In this document: one piece after another, positions 45,533-53,465 of the stretch
How positions within the stretch are numbered: the stretch's first letter is position 1
How the letters are laid out: each line of letters opens with the position of its first letter
IMG/VR virus record: IMGVR_UViG_3300017987_000001
Span: 124,001-188,000 of that record
Direction: 5' to 3' (one strand)
DNA: 64,000 nt
The notes under the pieces: model-generated
The model's input: the letters and a program-made list of their open reading frames with translations, nothing else
Database searches by the model: none
Told to the model about the DNA's origin: nothing
Program-made: the position numbers and the translations under genes

Positions 45533-45597
45533 CAGACTCTCCCCTACTATGAAATAGCAGAGGCTCCCATTAATAGTAACGCGCTGGGAACGCGCAT

Positions 45598-45924
45598 TTA
45601 GCCCGTTTTGGGCTTGGGAATGAAGGGTACGAAGTGCCCCGAATCGTTGACCGTCGTGGCGTCAATTCCGACCTGCACAACCTCGCCATCCACCTCGAAT
45701 GACCCCACCGGAGCAAGGTTGCCCAGCCGCACGCGGTGGCCACGGAACGCGAAGGCATGCAGCTCCTCCGTAGCCTCCAGTACGTTGGACTTCAACGCCC
45801 GCTCGAAGGCCGAACGGTCACCGCACTCAAGGCACTGCGGCGGCTTGTCGGCTGCGTCAGGAATGATGATCAGCCAGAACGGTATCGGCTTCGTCTCCGC
45901 CTTCTTATCTGGTTCGTCGCTCAT
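45598..45924 (-). CDS. Hypothetical protein (108 aa)
   Basis: ORF track; ATGA overlap. Confidence 0.65.
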   Translation of the reverse strand: MSDEPDKKAETKPIPFWLIIIPDAADKPPQCLECGDRSAFERALKSNVLEATEELHAFAFRGHRVRLGNLAPVGSFEVDGEVVQVGIDATTVNDSGHFVPFIPKPKTG

Positions 45925-46184
45925 TGCGGCTTACCCTTCTTCGGCGCATCCAACGCAGGCTGCACGGGACGCGTACGCTGATCGACATCCACGGAGCCGG
46001 TCTTGCCGTTCACCGACAGGATGCCACGGAACACGATCGTGCCGTCGTTGCGTGCCACCTCGACGATGCCGATAGTCGCCTTGCCCTTCGGCTGGTAGAA
46101 CGTGGGTTCCAGCACGATCATGTCCTTCTTGATCTCCACATTCTTCGCCTCGATGCTACTGGGCGGCTTGATCGCCACTTTCAT
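45921..46184 (-). CDS. Hypothetical protein (87 aa)
   Basis: ORF track. Confidence 0.6.
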   Translation of the reverse strand: MKVAIKPPSSIEAKNVEIKKDMIVLEPTFYQPKGKATIGIVEVARNDGTIVFRGILSVNGKTGSVDVDQRTRPVQPALDAPKKGKPQ

Positions 46185-46806
46185 TGAGTTCTCCCATCTC
46201 TATCAGTCGTGCGCGCCCGCGAGCGACGATAGTCGGCTCCGGCGGCTGCACGGTCAGCGTAATCATCTCTGGTGCCGTCGTTGGATGCGGCAATCGCTTC
46301 AGGAATTCTTCACGTTCGAGATCTTCAGCCTCTCCCGGCTTGAAGATCGGATACGGCAGCATCTCCCGGTGTGTCTCTGCGACGAGCCGGGCAGACATGG
46401 TTGAGATGGTCCACACATCGATAACCTCGGGCCGAGGGTTCTCGACACCGACCATCCGCATAAACGGATCGCCGATCGGTGCCGCCATACGGCGCGGCAC
46501 ACAGAAGCCGCCATGCTTCGGGTGAACCATCTCAACCGACTCCAGCCAGCTACAGAATGCCGGATATGCCTGATCGTTCATGACATACAGACGAGACCCG
46601 AACGGCTGCGGCAGGTTGATGATCTCGAATCCCTGAAAGTCGTAGTACGTCAGCGTCACGTCCATCTTCGTGTCATTGACGAAGCGGCCAACGACGTCGA
46701 ACGTGATGCCGCCGTAGGTGTAGAGGGCCGCGTGCGTGAACGGCACGAAGCCCTCCTTCCGAGCCTCCAGCAACGAGCCGAGCAGTTCGAGCTTGTCTGT
46801 ACTCAC
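46156..46806 (-). CDS. Hypothetical protein (216 aa)
   Basis: ORF track; GTG start overlapping the upstream TAG. Confidence 0.65.
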   Translation of the reverse strand: MSTDKLELLGSLLEARKEGFVPFTHAALYTYGGITFDVVGRFVNDTKMDVTLTYYDFQGFEIINLPQPFGSRLYVMNDQAYPAFCSWLESVEMVHPKHGGFCVPRRMAAPIGDPFMRMVGVENPRPEVIDVWTISTMSARLVAETHREMLPYPIFKPGEAEDLEREEFLKRLPHPTTAPEMITLTVQPPEPTIVARGRARLIEMGELNESGDQAAQ

Positions 46807-47072
46807 TAGTGATTCTTTCTAGCTGCCTTTATCACCCTCATTGCAGCAGTGTAGCTGTACGGCTTTCCGTCAACGACCAGCATGGGGATCTGCTGGTTTA
46901 TCAAGCAGTGCATCGCCATGACATCAATACTGCGGTCCGTCCGCCACCCCTCGTGCGGCATACCGTAGTACTCGATGTCGTGCTTCTCGTACTCCAGCTT
47001 CATGCGCTTGAGCTTATCCTCAGCCGACGCACAAAGACCACAGTTCTTCTTTCCGTACAGGACGATCTGCAT
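46806..47072 (-). CDS. Glutaredoxin/NrdH-like thioredoxin-fold protein
   Basis: IVLYGKKNCGLC, QQIPMLVVDG. Confidence 0.8.
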   Translation of the reverse strand: MQIVLYGKKNCGLCASAEDKLKRMKLEYEKHDIEYYGMPHEGWRTDRSIDVMAMHCLINQQIPMLVVDGKPYSYTAAMRVIKAARKNH

Positions 47073-47114
47073 TTCATTTCCCCTTAACGGCGGAGTCTCA
47101 CCGCCGCAGTAGTT

Positions 47115-47146
47115 TGGCCGGTGCGGTATATATACCGCACCGGCCA
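47115..47146. repeat. Perfect 32 bp palindrome TGGCCGGTGCGGTATATATACCGCACCGGCCA
   Basis: Read directly; intergenic. Confidence 0.85.
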
Positions 47147-47153
47147 GTGCCCC

Positions 47154-47780
47154 CTACAGACCGAGACGGGTGCTCAGCGCAAGAGCGAATATGGCCATCT
47201 CTTCCGCGTCGTCCTCGTTCGGCACGGGTAAGCCAAAGCGCTTCGCGATCTTGTCGTATGGGATCTCGGGAACGTGCGGTCCCCGATACCCACAGATCAC
47301 ACGCGCAGGATCGAAGTAAATCGGGACATCAGGCTGCACCGCAGCCGCCGTGTGCCCGAACATCCAGTGGAGCGAGTACGGAAGCGAGCCGTTGGCGATC
47401 ATGTACTCGATGGCCATGATGCGCAGCGTCGCTTCCAGCCTGCAGCCACTGACGATGATCCGTGTCACCTTCGAAGGATCCGTGATGACCCCCGACTTGT
47501 TGAGGATGTAGTCGACGGCCATACGGCCACAGCCTACGCCCCCTTGCGAGAACGAGTTCTCTTCGTCGGGTGTGCCATCACGCTTGAGCGTAAGAACGCA
47601 GGCCGAGGTGATCGTGCCCGCCAGTGGGTGGGTCACGGTCTCGGCCTGCAGTTCAGCTTTGCGCTCGGCGATGTACTGCGCGATCTTCGCCGGATCCTTG
47701 TAGTTCTTGGGTGCCTTTACGTCTATGTACTCCTCCCAGTCGGGGACTGAGCGGAGCACTGCGCCCACGTAGTACCGCAT
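47154..47780 (-). CDS. PolB-type 3'-5' exonuclease-like protein, probably inactive
   Basis: KAPKNYKDPAKI...HPLAGTI resembles phage PolB-exo-like proteins; ExoI DxE absent. Confidence 0.5.
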   Translation of the reverse strand: MRYYVGAVLRSVPDWEEYIDVKAPKNYKDPAKIAQYIAERKAELQAETVTHPLAGTITSACVLTLKRDGTPDEENSFSQGGVGCGRMAVDYILNKSGVITDPSKVTRIIVSGCRLEATLRIMAIEYMIANGSLPYSLHWMFGHTAAAVQPDVPIYFDPARVICGYRGPHVPEIPYDKIAKRFGLPVPNEDDAEEMAIFALALSTRLGL

Positions 47781-48130
47781 GCCTTCTCGAATTCCTCCCT
47801 AGCCTCCTTCATGTAACGGGGCAGGTAGTAATCCCACCCCATTCGCGGCGTATGGCACGGTGCCTTCCCGCGCACCTGCGCATACACATTCAGGTAGGCC
47901 GAAATCTGGAAGCGGCGAACGGCAGCCTCAGACTGAACGTACGTGACGTCGTGCCTGTAGCCGTACTTCGACGGAGAGAGACGATCCACCTCCGCCTGCA
48001 GCCGTTCCCGGTCTTCCTTCGTCTTGCGCGGCATACGAAGCGCACGTTTCGCTTCCCGCTGTATGTCCGCAAGCTCCTTGATCTTCTGCTTCAGCGTCTG
48101 AATCCCACGACGATAGTCATCACGGTCCAT
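47723..48130 (-). CDS. Hypothetical basic protein (135 aa)
   Basis: ORF track; RBS GGAG. Confidence 0.6.
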   Translation of the reverse strand: MDRDDYRRGIQTLKQKIKELADIQREAKRALRMPRKTKEDRERLQAEVDRLSPSKYGYRHDVTYVQSEAAVRRFQISAYLNVYAQVRGKAPCHTPRMGWDYYLPRYMKEAREEFEKACGTTWAQCSAQSPTGRST

Positions 48131-48258
48131 CTTGAGTCTCCAATCGGTAGTACCTAATCAAATGGGTAATGAATTGGGTACTGGCGATCGGCGGACCGCG
48201 AGCCTATGGGGGATGTAGCTAGGTGAACTCCATGGCTTTCCTCCTTCCCGTGCCCCCG

Positions 48259-48927
48259 TTACGACTGATTCTGAACGTCCCCGTCGTCGTCATCCGCGCT
48301 CGACCCGGCCGTCCAGTCGATGGACTGCGCACTCGCGCCGCCACGGTATGCGCCGACATTGCTCGACATGCACTTCACGGCATGCGCGTAGTGATGCGCG
48401 TTGCCAGCACGGTACTTGACGATCCGGTCCATCGCGATACCCATGCCGCGCGCCTCGTCGAACGCTTCAGCACCCGCAGCGAGGAAGACGAACTGCCACT
48501 GGAACTGATTCGTCTGCGTGTCGATCATCTTCATGAGCTGATCGCGCTTGTACTCGTGACTGGAGTTCTCCTGCCCGTCGGTGATGATCGCCATCACAAC
48601 CTTGCTCGGGCGTTCCTCTTCGGGCTTCTCAGCCAGCCGCTTCCCGACCTCGTCGATCGTGCGTCCGACCGCATCCAGCAACGCCGTCATGCCGCCGGGC
48701 GTGTACGTGCTGGTGCTGAGACGCGGAACTTCCTTGATGGGCGCGCACTTGTGAACGATATCATACGCGGTATCGAACAGCGTCAACGTGAGCTGTGCCT
48801 CTCCGGGCAGCTTCTTCTGCTCGTCGAGGAACGTGTTGAACGCACCCATCGCATCGTCGCGAATCGTGGCCATCGATCCGGACTTGTCCATCACTACGAT
48901 GATCTCCGTCAGATTTGGCTTCGTCAC
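48259..48927 (-). CDS. von Willebrand factor A domain protein
   Basis: MIDAS VMDKSGSM, TALLDAVG, IITDGQEN; GTG start with RBS GAGGAG. Confidence 0.88.
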   Translation of the reverse strand: MTKPNLTEIIVVMDKSGSMATIRDDAMGAFNTFLDEQKKLPGEAQLTLTLFDTAYDIVHKCAPIKEVPRLSTSTYTPGGMTALLDAVGRTIDEVGKRLAEKPEEERPSKVVMAIITDGQENSSHEYKRDQLMKMIDTQTNQFQWQFVFLAAGAEAFDEARGMGIAMDRIVKYRAGNAHHYAHAVKCMSSNVGAYRGGASAQSIDWTAGSSADDDDGDVQNQS

Positions 48928-48928
48928 G

Positions 48929-49123
48929 TCACTCTCCTCTTGCCTCAGCCTGTATGTCACGAAGCTGCTCTTCGAGGCGATGAATAGCTTCGTCTGGGGT
49001 CACCCCCATTGCAGAATGGAAGCCCCAGTGCGCCTTCCACGCGCGGGCCTCGTACACGAACGTCAGCGACACGTTGTCGCGAAGCTTGTCCGCCAACATC
49101 TCGATAGCTATCACGACATTCAT
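48929..49123 (-). CDS. Small hypothetical protein (64 aa)
   Basis: Start MNVVIA (RBS AAAGGAG) just downstream of the tRNA. Confidence 0.6.
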   Translation of the reverse strand: MNVVIAIEMLADKLRDNVSLTFVYEARAWKAHWGFHSAMGVTPDEAIHRLEEQLRDIQAEARGE

Positions 49124-49135
49124 GATTCTCTCCTT

Positions 49136-49210
49136 TGGAACGTCCGGCGGGGGTCGAACCCGCATCTTGCGCCTTTAGAGAGCGCCGCACTCCCATTGTG
49201 CTACGGACGT
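49136..49210 (-). tRNA. tRNA with CUA anticodon (amber suppressor), CCA encoded
   Basis: Manual cloverleaf: ACGTCCG/CGGACGT acceptor, GCAC/GTGC D arm, GCGCT-CTCTAAA-GGCGC anticodon arm, GCGGG-TTCGACC-CCCGC T arm, U73, CCA; 75 nt. Confidence 0.93.
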
Positions 49211-49377
49211 TCCTCTTGTTTCTCCTCCATCGCGTCGCGCTTGAGCTTCGCGCCCAGCACAAACGAGCAGGACACGGATCCGAAGACCCCGAGCATGCGC
49301 GCGTAGATGTTGCCGGACAGTATTGCTGCGGTCGCACCCATTAGAATCATCGCAAGCAGCCAGCTCCTGCTATTCAT
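49201..49377 (-). CDS. Small 2-TM protein whose stop lies inside the tRNA
   Basis: Manual translation MNSRSWLLAMILMG...EEKQEERP*; below the ORF-track cutoff. Confidence 0.45.
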   Translation of the reverse strand: MNSRSWLLAMILMGATAAILSGNIYARMLGVFGSVSCSFVLGAKLKRDAMEEKQEERP

Positions 49378-50446
49378 CATCCAGTACCAGCATCTTGTTG
49401 AGCTGCGTGACCGGGTAGATGTTGCTGTCGATCTGAACGTTCATTGTCCCGCCCGCAAGTTGCGAGGGCTTGAAGTCTGCCCATACGTGCGGCCTATCAG
49501 TCAGGTACGGAGGGTACAGCTCCTCCGGACGCATGCCTTGTGGCTGGTCGTGCTCCGTGTTGATCCCGACTACGGTAGCAATCGGATAGTGGAACTGCAG
49601 CTGCTGCAGCGTGGCCAGCGATCGCACGAGCCGCGCAGGGCGTGGTTCGATCGTCTGCTCCTCGGCGATGAGCTGATCGAGATCTTCAATCACGAGCAGG
49701 CCAGATGGATTGAACTGGTCGGTAACTGAAGAGCGAAGTACCTCAACCAGCTGTCCGACCGTATCACCTTTGCCCCGCCAACCGCTCAGCGCAATCACCT
49801 TGCTCGCATGCACGTCTTCCTCGCCCGCCTTGCCCGTGATGGGGTGTCGGTCGTCTTCGCCAGCATGAAGCACGACGACACGCCCGCCCGCGCGCTCGTA
49901 TACCTTCGTGAAGAGCGCGAGGATAATGGGGAGTGCGGTCGAATGTGAGAAGATGGGGAAGATGTCCTCGTGCGTCATCCCGTTCTCGAACTTCCGATCG
50001 AGATCGAGCGGCAGCGGGACGGCCTTGCTCTTGATGCGCCCCGTGAGCTTCTTCATCCGGGCCTTACGCCCCTCGTCGCGCTCCAAAGCGATCTGAGCCT
50101 GCGCGTTGAGCCATGGCTGGAGCTTCTGGTTGAACTCGGCCAGCATGGGCGGGAAGTCGAACATCTTACCCGCCGCGTGCTGCTGTGCCTCGTACAGAAT
50201 GCCGACCATCATGGCCGATACGTCAGGCATCTCCGACGCGCGCATCGACGCCCAGTTGACGAGCCTATGTCCGAAGAGGGCTAACGCGGCCAGACGGCGG
50301 AGATCCGCGCTTTCCTCCATTGCCTTTTCGAGACGCTCTCCCGCCTCGTCGTGGAGCTTCATCCGCCGCTCCGCTTCCTTCTGCTGCTGCTCCTTCATCG
50401 CTGCCTGCAGCTTCGCGATGTCCACGTTCTGTGGAATCTGGGGCAT
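49370..50446 (-). CDS. Hypothetical protein with possible degenerate ATPase-like C-terminal domain
   Basis: Start MPQIPQ (RBS GGAGG); LLVIEDLDQ Walker B-like segment, no Walker A. Confidence 0.6.
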   Translation of the reverse strand: MPQIPQNVDIAKLQAAMKEQQQKEAERRMKLHDEAGERLEKAMEESADLRRLAALALFGHRLVNWASMRASEMPDVSAMMVGILYEAQQHAAGKMFDFPPMLAEFNQKLQPWLNAQAQIALERDEGRKARMKKLTGRIKSKAVPLPLDLDRKFENGMTHEDIFPIFSHSTALPIILALFTKVYERAGGRVVVLHAGEDDRHPITGKAGEEDVHASKVIALSGWRGKGDTVGQLVEVLRSSVTDQFNPSGLLVIEDLDQLIAEEQTIEPRPARLVRSLATLQQLQFHYPIATVVGINTEHDQPQGMRPEELYPPYLTDRPHVWADFKPSQLAGGTMNVQIDSNIYPVTQLNKMLVLDDE

Positions 50447-51080
50447 AAAACGCCTCCAATACTCTAGGGTCGACGGTGTCGAGGAACTGGTCGAACCTGA
50501 ACCCGACAACCGAATGCTCCGGCAAATGAATCTTGTGCTTCTTCACCTCAACGACGCGCTCGTCGATGCGGAAGATCATGCTGGGGGATGGGCGGTAGCC
50601 GAACATGGTGAACTCGGCCAGTGTAGCCGTAGTGACCCAGCCAAGCAATAGTCCGCGATTGCGCTTTGTCACGAGAAATGGCCGCCTCGGGACGGCCATC
50701 GCTTCGTCGTAGCATTGCGCCCAAAACTTCATCCAGTCATGATTCGGGTCGACGTTCTGGAGTACGCCAAGCACGTCGTATGTCTTGTACGACTTGAATT
50801 CGAAGCAGAACGCATCCAGCAGCGGCTTGCCAAGCGGGTCGGTATACTTCATGTCACCAAACTCGTTGGCCGTGGACTTCCCGCTCCGTCTGCGTCGGGA
50901 TGTTGCGCGTGAGCCGGACCCGGACGTCCTCCAGTAGATATCGTCACGTTTGCCCTCAGTCCACCACAGGCTCATCTGTACGCAGCGGTCGCGTTCGAAT
51001 TGTCCACCTTTCGCCGCACCGCCGCCGGGTCTCATCTTCCTACCCTTCTTCTTTCTCTTCGCCACGGTCGTCTTCCTCAT
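50265..51080 (-). CDS. Holliday junction resolvase-like PD-(D/E)XK nuclease
   Basis: KGGQFER...RTSGSG...FGD...FEFKS...FWAQC...LVTKRNR; the 3' end overlaps the next gene. Confidence 0.75.
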   Translation of the reverse strand: MRKTTVAKRKKKGRKMRPGGGAAKGGQFERDRCVQMSLWWTEGKRDDIYWRTSGSGSRATSRRRRSGKSTANEFGDMKYTDPLGKPLLDAFCFEFKSYKTYDVLGVLQNVDPNHDWMKFWAQCYDEAMAVPRRPFLVTKRNRGLLLGWVTTATLAEFTMFGYRPSPSMIFRIDERVVEVKKHKIHLPEHSVVGFRFDQFLDTVDPRVLEAFYAPDSTERGHREAAGSDEGAAAEGSGAADEAPRRGGRASRKGNGGKRGSPPSGRVSPLRT

Positions 51081-51267
51081 TGAGCGGGACAGGCGGCTTG
51101 ATCTTGCGGGAGAAGTACTCCTCCCGCGCCTTCAGCTGCTCGTCTGCGGCCTGCTTCGCCTTCCGCTCCTGATAGGTCCGCGCGTCCCTGCAGCTGGGAC
51201 ACTGGCCGTGATTGCGGCAATGCGGGTCATTCCGCTTGCACTTGTTGATCTTACGCCACCGACTCAC
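51040..51267 (-). CDS. Small basic Cys/His protein (75 aa)
   Basis: C...HCRNHGQCPSC. Confidence 0.55.
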   Translation of the reverse strand: MSRWRKINKCKRNDPHCRNHGQCPSCRDARTYQERKAKQAADEQLKAREEYFSRKIKPPVPLNEEDDRGEEKEEG

Positions 51268-51946
51268 GGAACCCCTCCAACAGGTAGTGCGTCATGAGAC
51301 AGTCGAACCCTGCGTCGTGCGCAGCATTGAGATCGAGGTTGTACTTCTTGTCCACCTCGTACGTCGTTACTGCGAACTCAAGCCGCCACTTCACGCGACT
51401 TCGCGTGTGGCGTATCCGATTGAAGTAGCTCTCCAGCGATTCGTGCGGTCCGATCATCGACTTCATCTGAGCTGCTTTGAAAATGCAGCCCGTATCGATG
51501 ATCTCACCCGGCTTAAACGCGAAGTCCATTCCCTGCCGCTCGAACTCGCGGGAGATGAAAGGACCATCGAAGGATAGAGCGTTGTGCCCGACATACATAC
51601 AACGACCGCTGCGGTATAGCTGCAGCAGCCTGAGTATGCGGGGGTACAGCTCGTCGGGTTCTTCGCCTTCCTTTTGGAGGATGTCATCCGTGATCCCCGT
51701 CACTTCCATGGCCTGCCCCTTCATCGTCCCACGGGGACGACGAACGTAGTGCGCGGCGTTCGCTACGACCTTACGCTCGCGCACGGCGGCATAACCAAAC
51801 TGCACGATTACGTCCGGCTTCTTGCCTTCCGGCGGGTTGTAGTGAAACCCGCTCGTTTCGATATCGATGACGAGGTAGTCGTCGGGAAGACTGCCGCCCG
51901 GGCAGCGGGCCGCAATCCCAGCAATGATCTTCTGTGTGTCATTCAT
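51251..51946 (-). CDS. DEDDh 3'-5' exonuclease (DnaQ-like)
   Basis: VIDIETSG, GHNALSFD, AHDAGFD; start MNDTQK. Confidence 0.9.
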   Translation of the reverse strand: MNDTQKIIAGIAARCPGGSLPDDYLVIDIETSGFHYNPPEGKKPDVIVQFGYAAVRERKVVANAAHYVRRPRGTMKGQAMEVTGITDDILQKEGEEPDELYPRILRLLQLYRSGRCMYVGHNALSFDGPFISREFERQGMDFAFKPGEIIDTGCIFKAAQMKSMIGPHESLESYFNRIRHTRSRVKWRLEFAVTTYEVDKKYNLDLNAAHDAGFDCLMTHYLLEGFRESVA

Positions 51947-52421
51947 CAGATGATCCTGCTCTACCCAAGCATCGAAGGATCCGGTCGACCTCACTTTGTA
52001 CGTCCTCCAGCGAGGGCGTTTGGCCCTCCTTCTCCGGCTGTACGGATTCGAACCAGATCGGCATCTCGGAGAACATCGCGCACATCAGCAACTCGGAGAT
52101 GAGCGCACGAACTCCTGCGCGTGGACCGTCCTCGAACAAGTCCCTGAACCAACCCTCCGGCTCTCGCCGTACCACTGGATCCTCACGCAGCGCATTCAAG
52201 AAGCGTGCGAGATCCTTGATGAACGACTCCAGCTCTTCGCGAAGTCGCTCGTCAGGTACGTGACAGTCTATGCACCGGTCGATCATCATCCCACGAATGT
52301 GGTCCGTGGTGATGTCCTGCCCCAGCATGTGGAGCGCGTTATGAATCAACCGTGGCATAGCCCAAATGAGATCCCGATCCGGGTTGTAGAGCCGCTTATC
52401 GGCCCCGCGCATTTGAAGCAT
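51939..52421 (-). CDS. Hypothetical protein (160 aa)
   Basis: ORF track; RBS TAGGAG. Confidence 0.65.
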   Translation of the reverse strand: MLQMRGADKRLYNPDRDLIWAMPRLIHNALHMLGQDITTDHIRGMMIDRCIDCHVPDERLREELESFIKDLARFLNALREDPVVRREPEGWFRDLFEDGPRAGVRALISELLMCAMFSEMPIWFESVQPEKEGQTPSLEDVQSEVDRILRCLGRAGSSDE

Positions 52422-52430
52422 CTGGTTCTC

Positions 52431-53306
52431 CTAGCCCATTCGCTCGCGCGCCCAGTGCGCGCGAACATCCTTTGTCTGACAAGAGATGCACGCCTTCGCG
52501 TTCTTCCGCTCGGGATCGAACGCCGCGTGATCCCTATTACACAGGTCACACCGTTTGATGATCCACGTGTACCGATGTGTGCCGAGCATGCACTCCGAGT
52601 AGCCGACCGGACACGTGTGACAGCGTTGGTTGTAGTGCCGAACGCACGGACCTGCGCGCGCCTTCCGTAGACGCTTGTTGTAGCGCTTGTGCTGATCAAG
52701 GCAGTGCATCTCGTCGATGTCGAGCGTGCCGTCGTCCTTCTGCACTATGTAGGCGAGGAACCACATGCCGACCAGCTCGCTGTGGAGCGGTCTCATATCG
52801 TTCATGTTCCACGCCAGCTCGTTGGCGAGCATCCACATCACGAGCTTGTAGGAAACGGACTTCAGCAACTCACGTCCGGACATCGCGCCCGCACTGATCA
52901 TCACGGTCATGTTGATGCGCGTCCTGTTGTTGATCACCCGACCAAAGCGCATGTCCGTGATCGTCACAGGGTACCAGCCCGGCTCGCCTAGCGTGCCCGT
53001 GATCGGTTTGCCGTCGCGTAGCAATGAGAGACCGCCCGCGAGCTTCGTCGCGATCTGATCACCTACACGACCCGTCAGCTCCTGCCCGATGAATTCGAGC
53101 AGCGATTGGCGCAGCGCAAGCTCATGATCGTCGTCCTCGTCGTCCAGCTTGAGCATGCGCATGAAGAGCGCGACCAGCTCGTCGAGCTGGTCTTCGTCTA
53201 TGATCGTTCCGTAGTAGGACGTGAGTCGCAGCGCGATCTTCTTGCGCCACTGCCTGACACGACCGAGGTCGAATGCAGGCACACGCACCGCTTCTTGGCG
53301 AATCAC
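52431..53306 (-). CDS. Hypothetical protein with Cys-rich C-terminus
   Basis: GTG start after RBS GAGGAGG; CHTC, CDLC, CISC. Confidence 0.7.
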   Translation of the reverse strand: MIRQEAVRVPAFDLGRVRQWRKKIALRLTSYYGTIIDEDQLDELVALFMRMLKLDDEDDDHELALRQSLLEFIGQELTGRVGDQIATKLAGGLSLLRDGKPITGTLGEPGWYPVTITDMRFGRVINNRTRINMTVMISAGAMSGRELLKSVSYKLVMWMLANELAWNMNDMRPLHSELVGMWFLAYIVQKDDGTLDIDEMHCLDQHKRYNKRLRKARAGPCVRHYNQRCHTCPVGYSECMLGTHRYTWIIKRCDLCNRDHAAFDPERKNAKACISCQTKDVRAHWARERMG

Positions 53307-53327
53307 CGCTTCCTCCTCGACTTTTAC

Positions 53328-53356
53328 GTTGTACCAGCAGTTAGGGTGCTTGACAA
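53328..53356 (-). promoter_or_regulatory. Sigma70-type promoter TTGTCA-N17-TACAAC (extended -10 TG)
   Basis: Read directly; follows a terminator and precedes an RBS. Confidence 0.7.
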
Positions 53357-53385
53357 GATCAAAACTATGGGGCCGCTCTGCGGGC

Positions 53386-53424
53386 AAAAAGAAAGACGGG
53401 GCGGTTGCGGAGGCCGCCCCGTCT
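53386..53424 (-). terminator. Intrinsic terminator
   Basis: AGACGGGGCGG/CCGCCCCGTCT 11 bp stem plus TTCTTTTT. Confidence 0.85.
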
Positions 53425-53465
53425 GCGGAGGAATCGGCGACAGTGGGGGTCGCCTTTTCGGGAAG

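Noticed and set aside
44059-45569. IS element or transposon
   Set aside because: There is no DDE, HUH or recombinase motif in the enclosed ORF and no target-site duplication was seen; it is kept only as a low-interest inverted repeat.
49136-49210. tRNA-Pyl interpretation (same CUCUAAA loop)
   Set aside because: It has a canonical D-loop GG, TTCGA T-loop, 5 bp anticodon stem and two nucleotides between acceptor and D arms, unlike tRNA-Pyl. No pyl genes were seen.
48957-49337. 126 aa ORF spanning the tRNA
   Set aside because: It overlaps the tRNA and two better-supported small ORFs in other frames; there is no RBS or motif.
53307-53387. ORF-track 5' extension of the 52431 gene (and similar extensions at 1457, 5881, 6659, 16925, 23343, 26423, 30984, 39186, 57524)
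   Set aside because: The extensions overlap upstream genes, terminators or promoters; downstream starts have good RBSs or stop-start overlaps.
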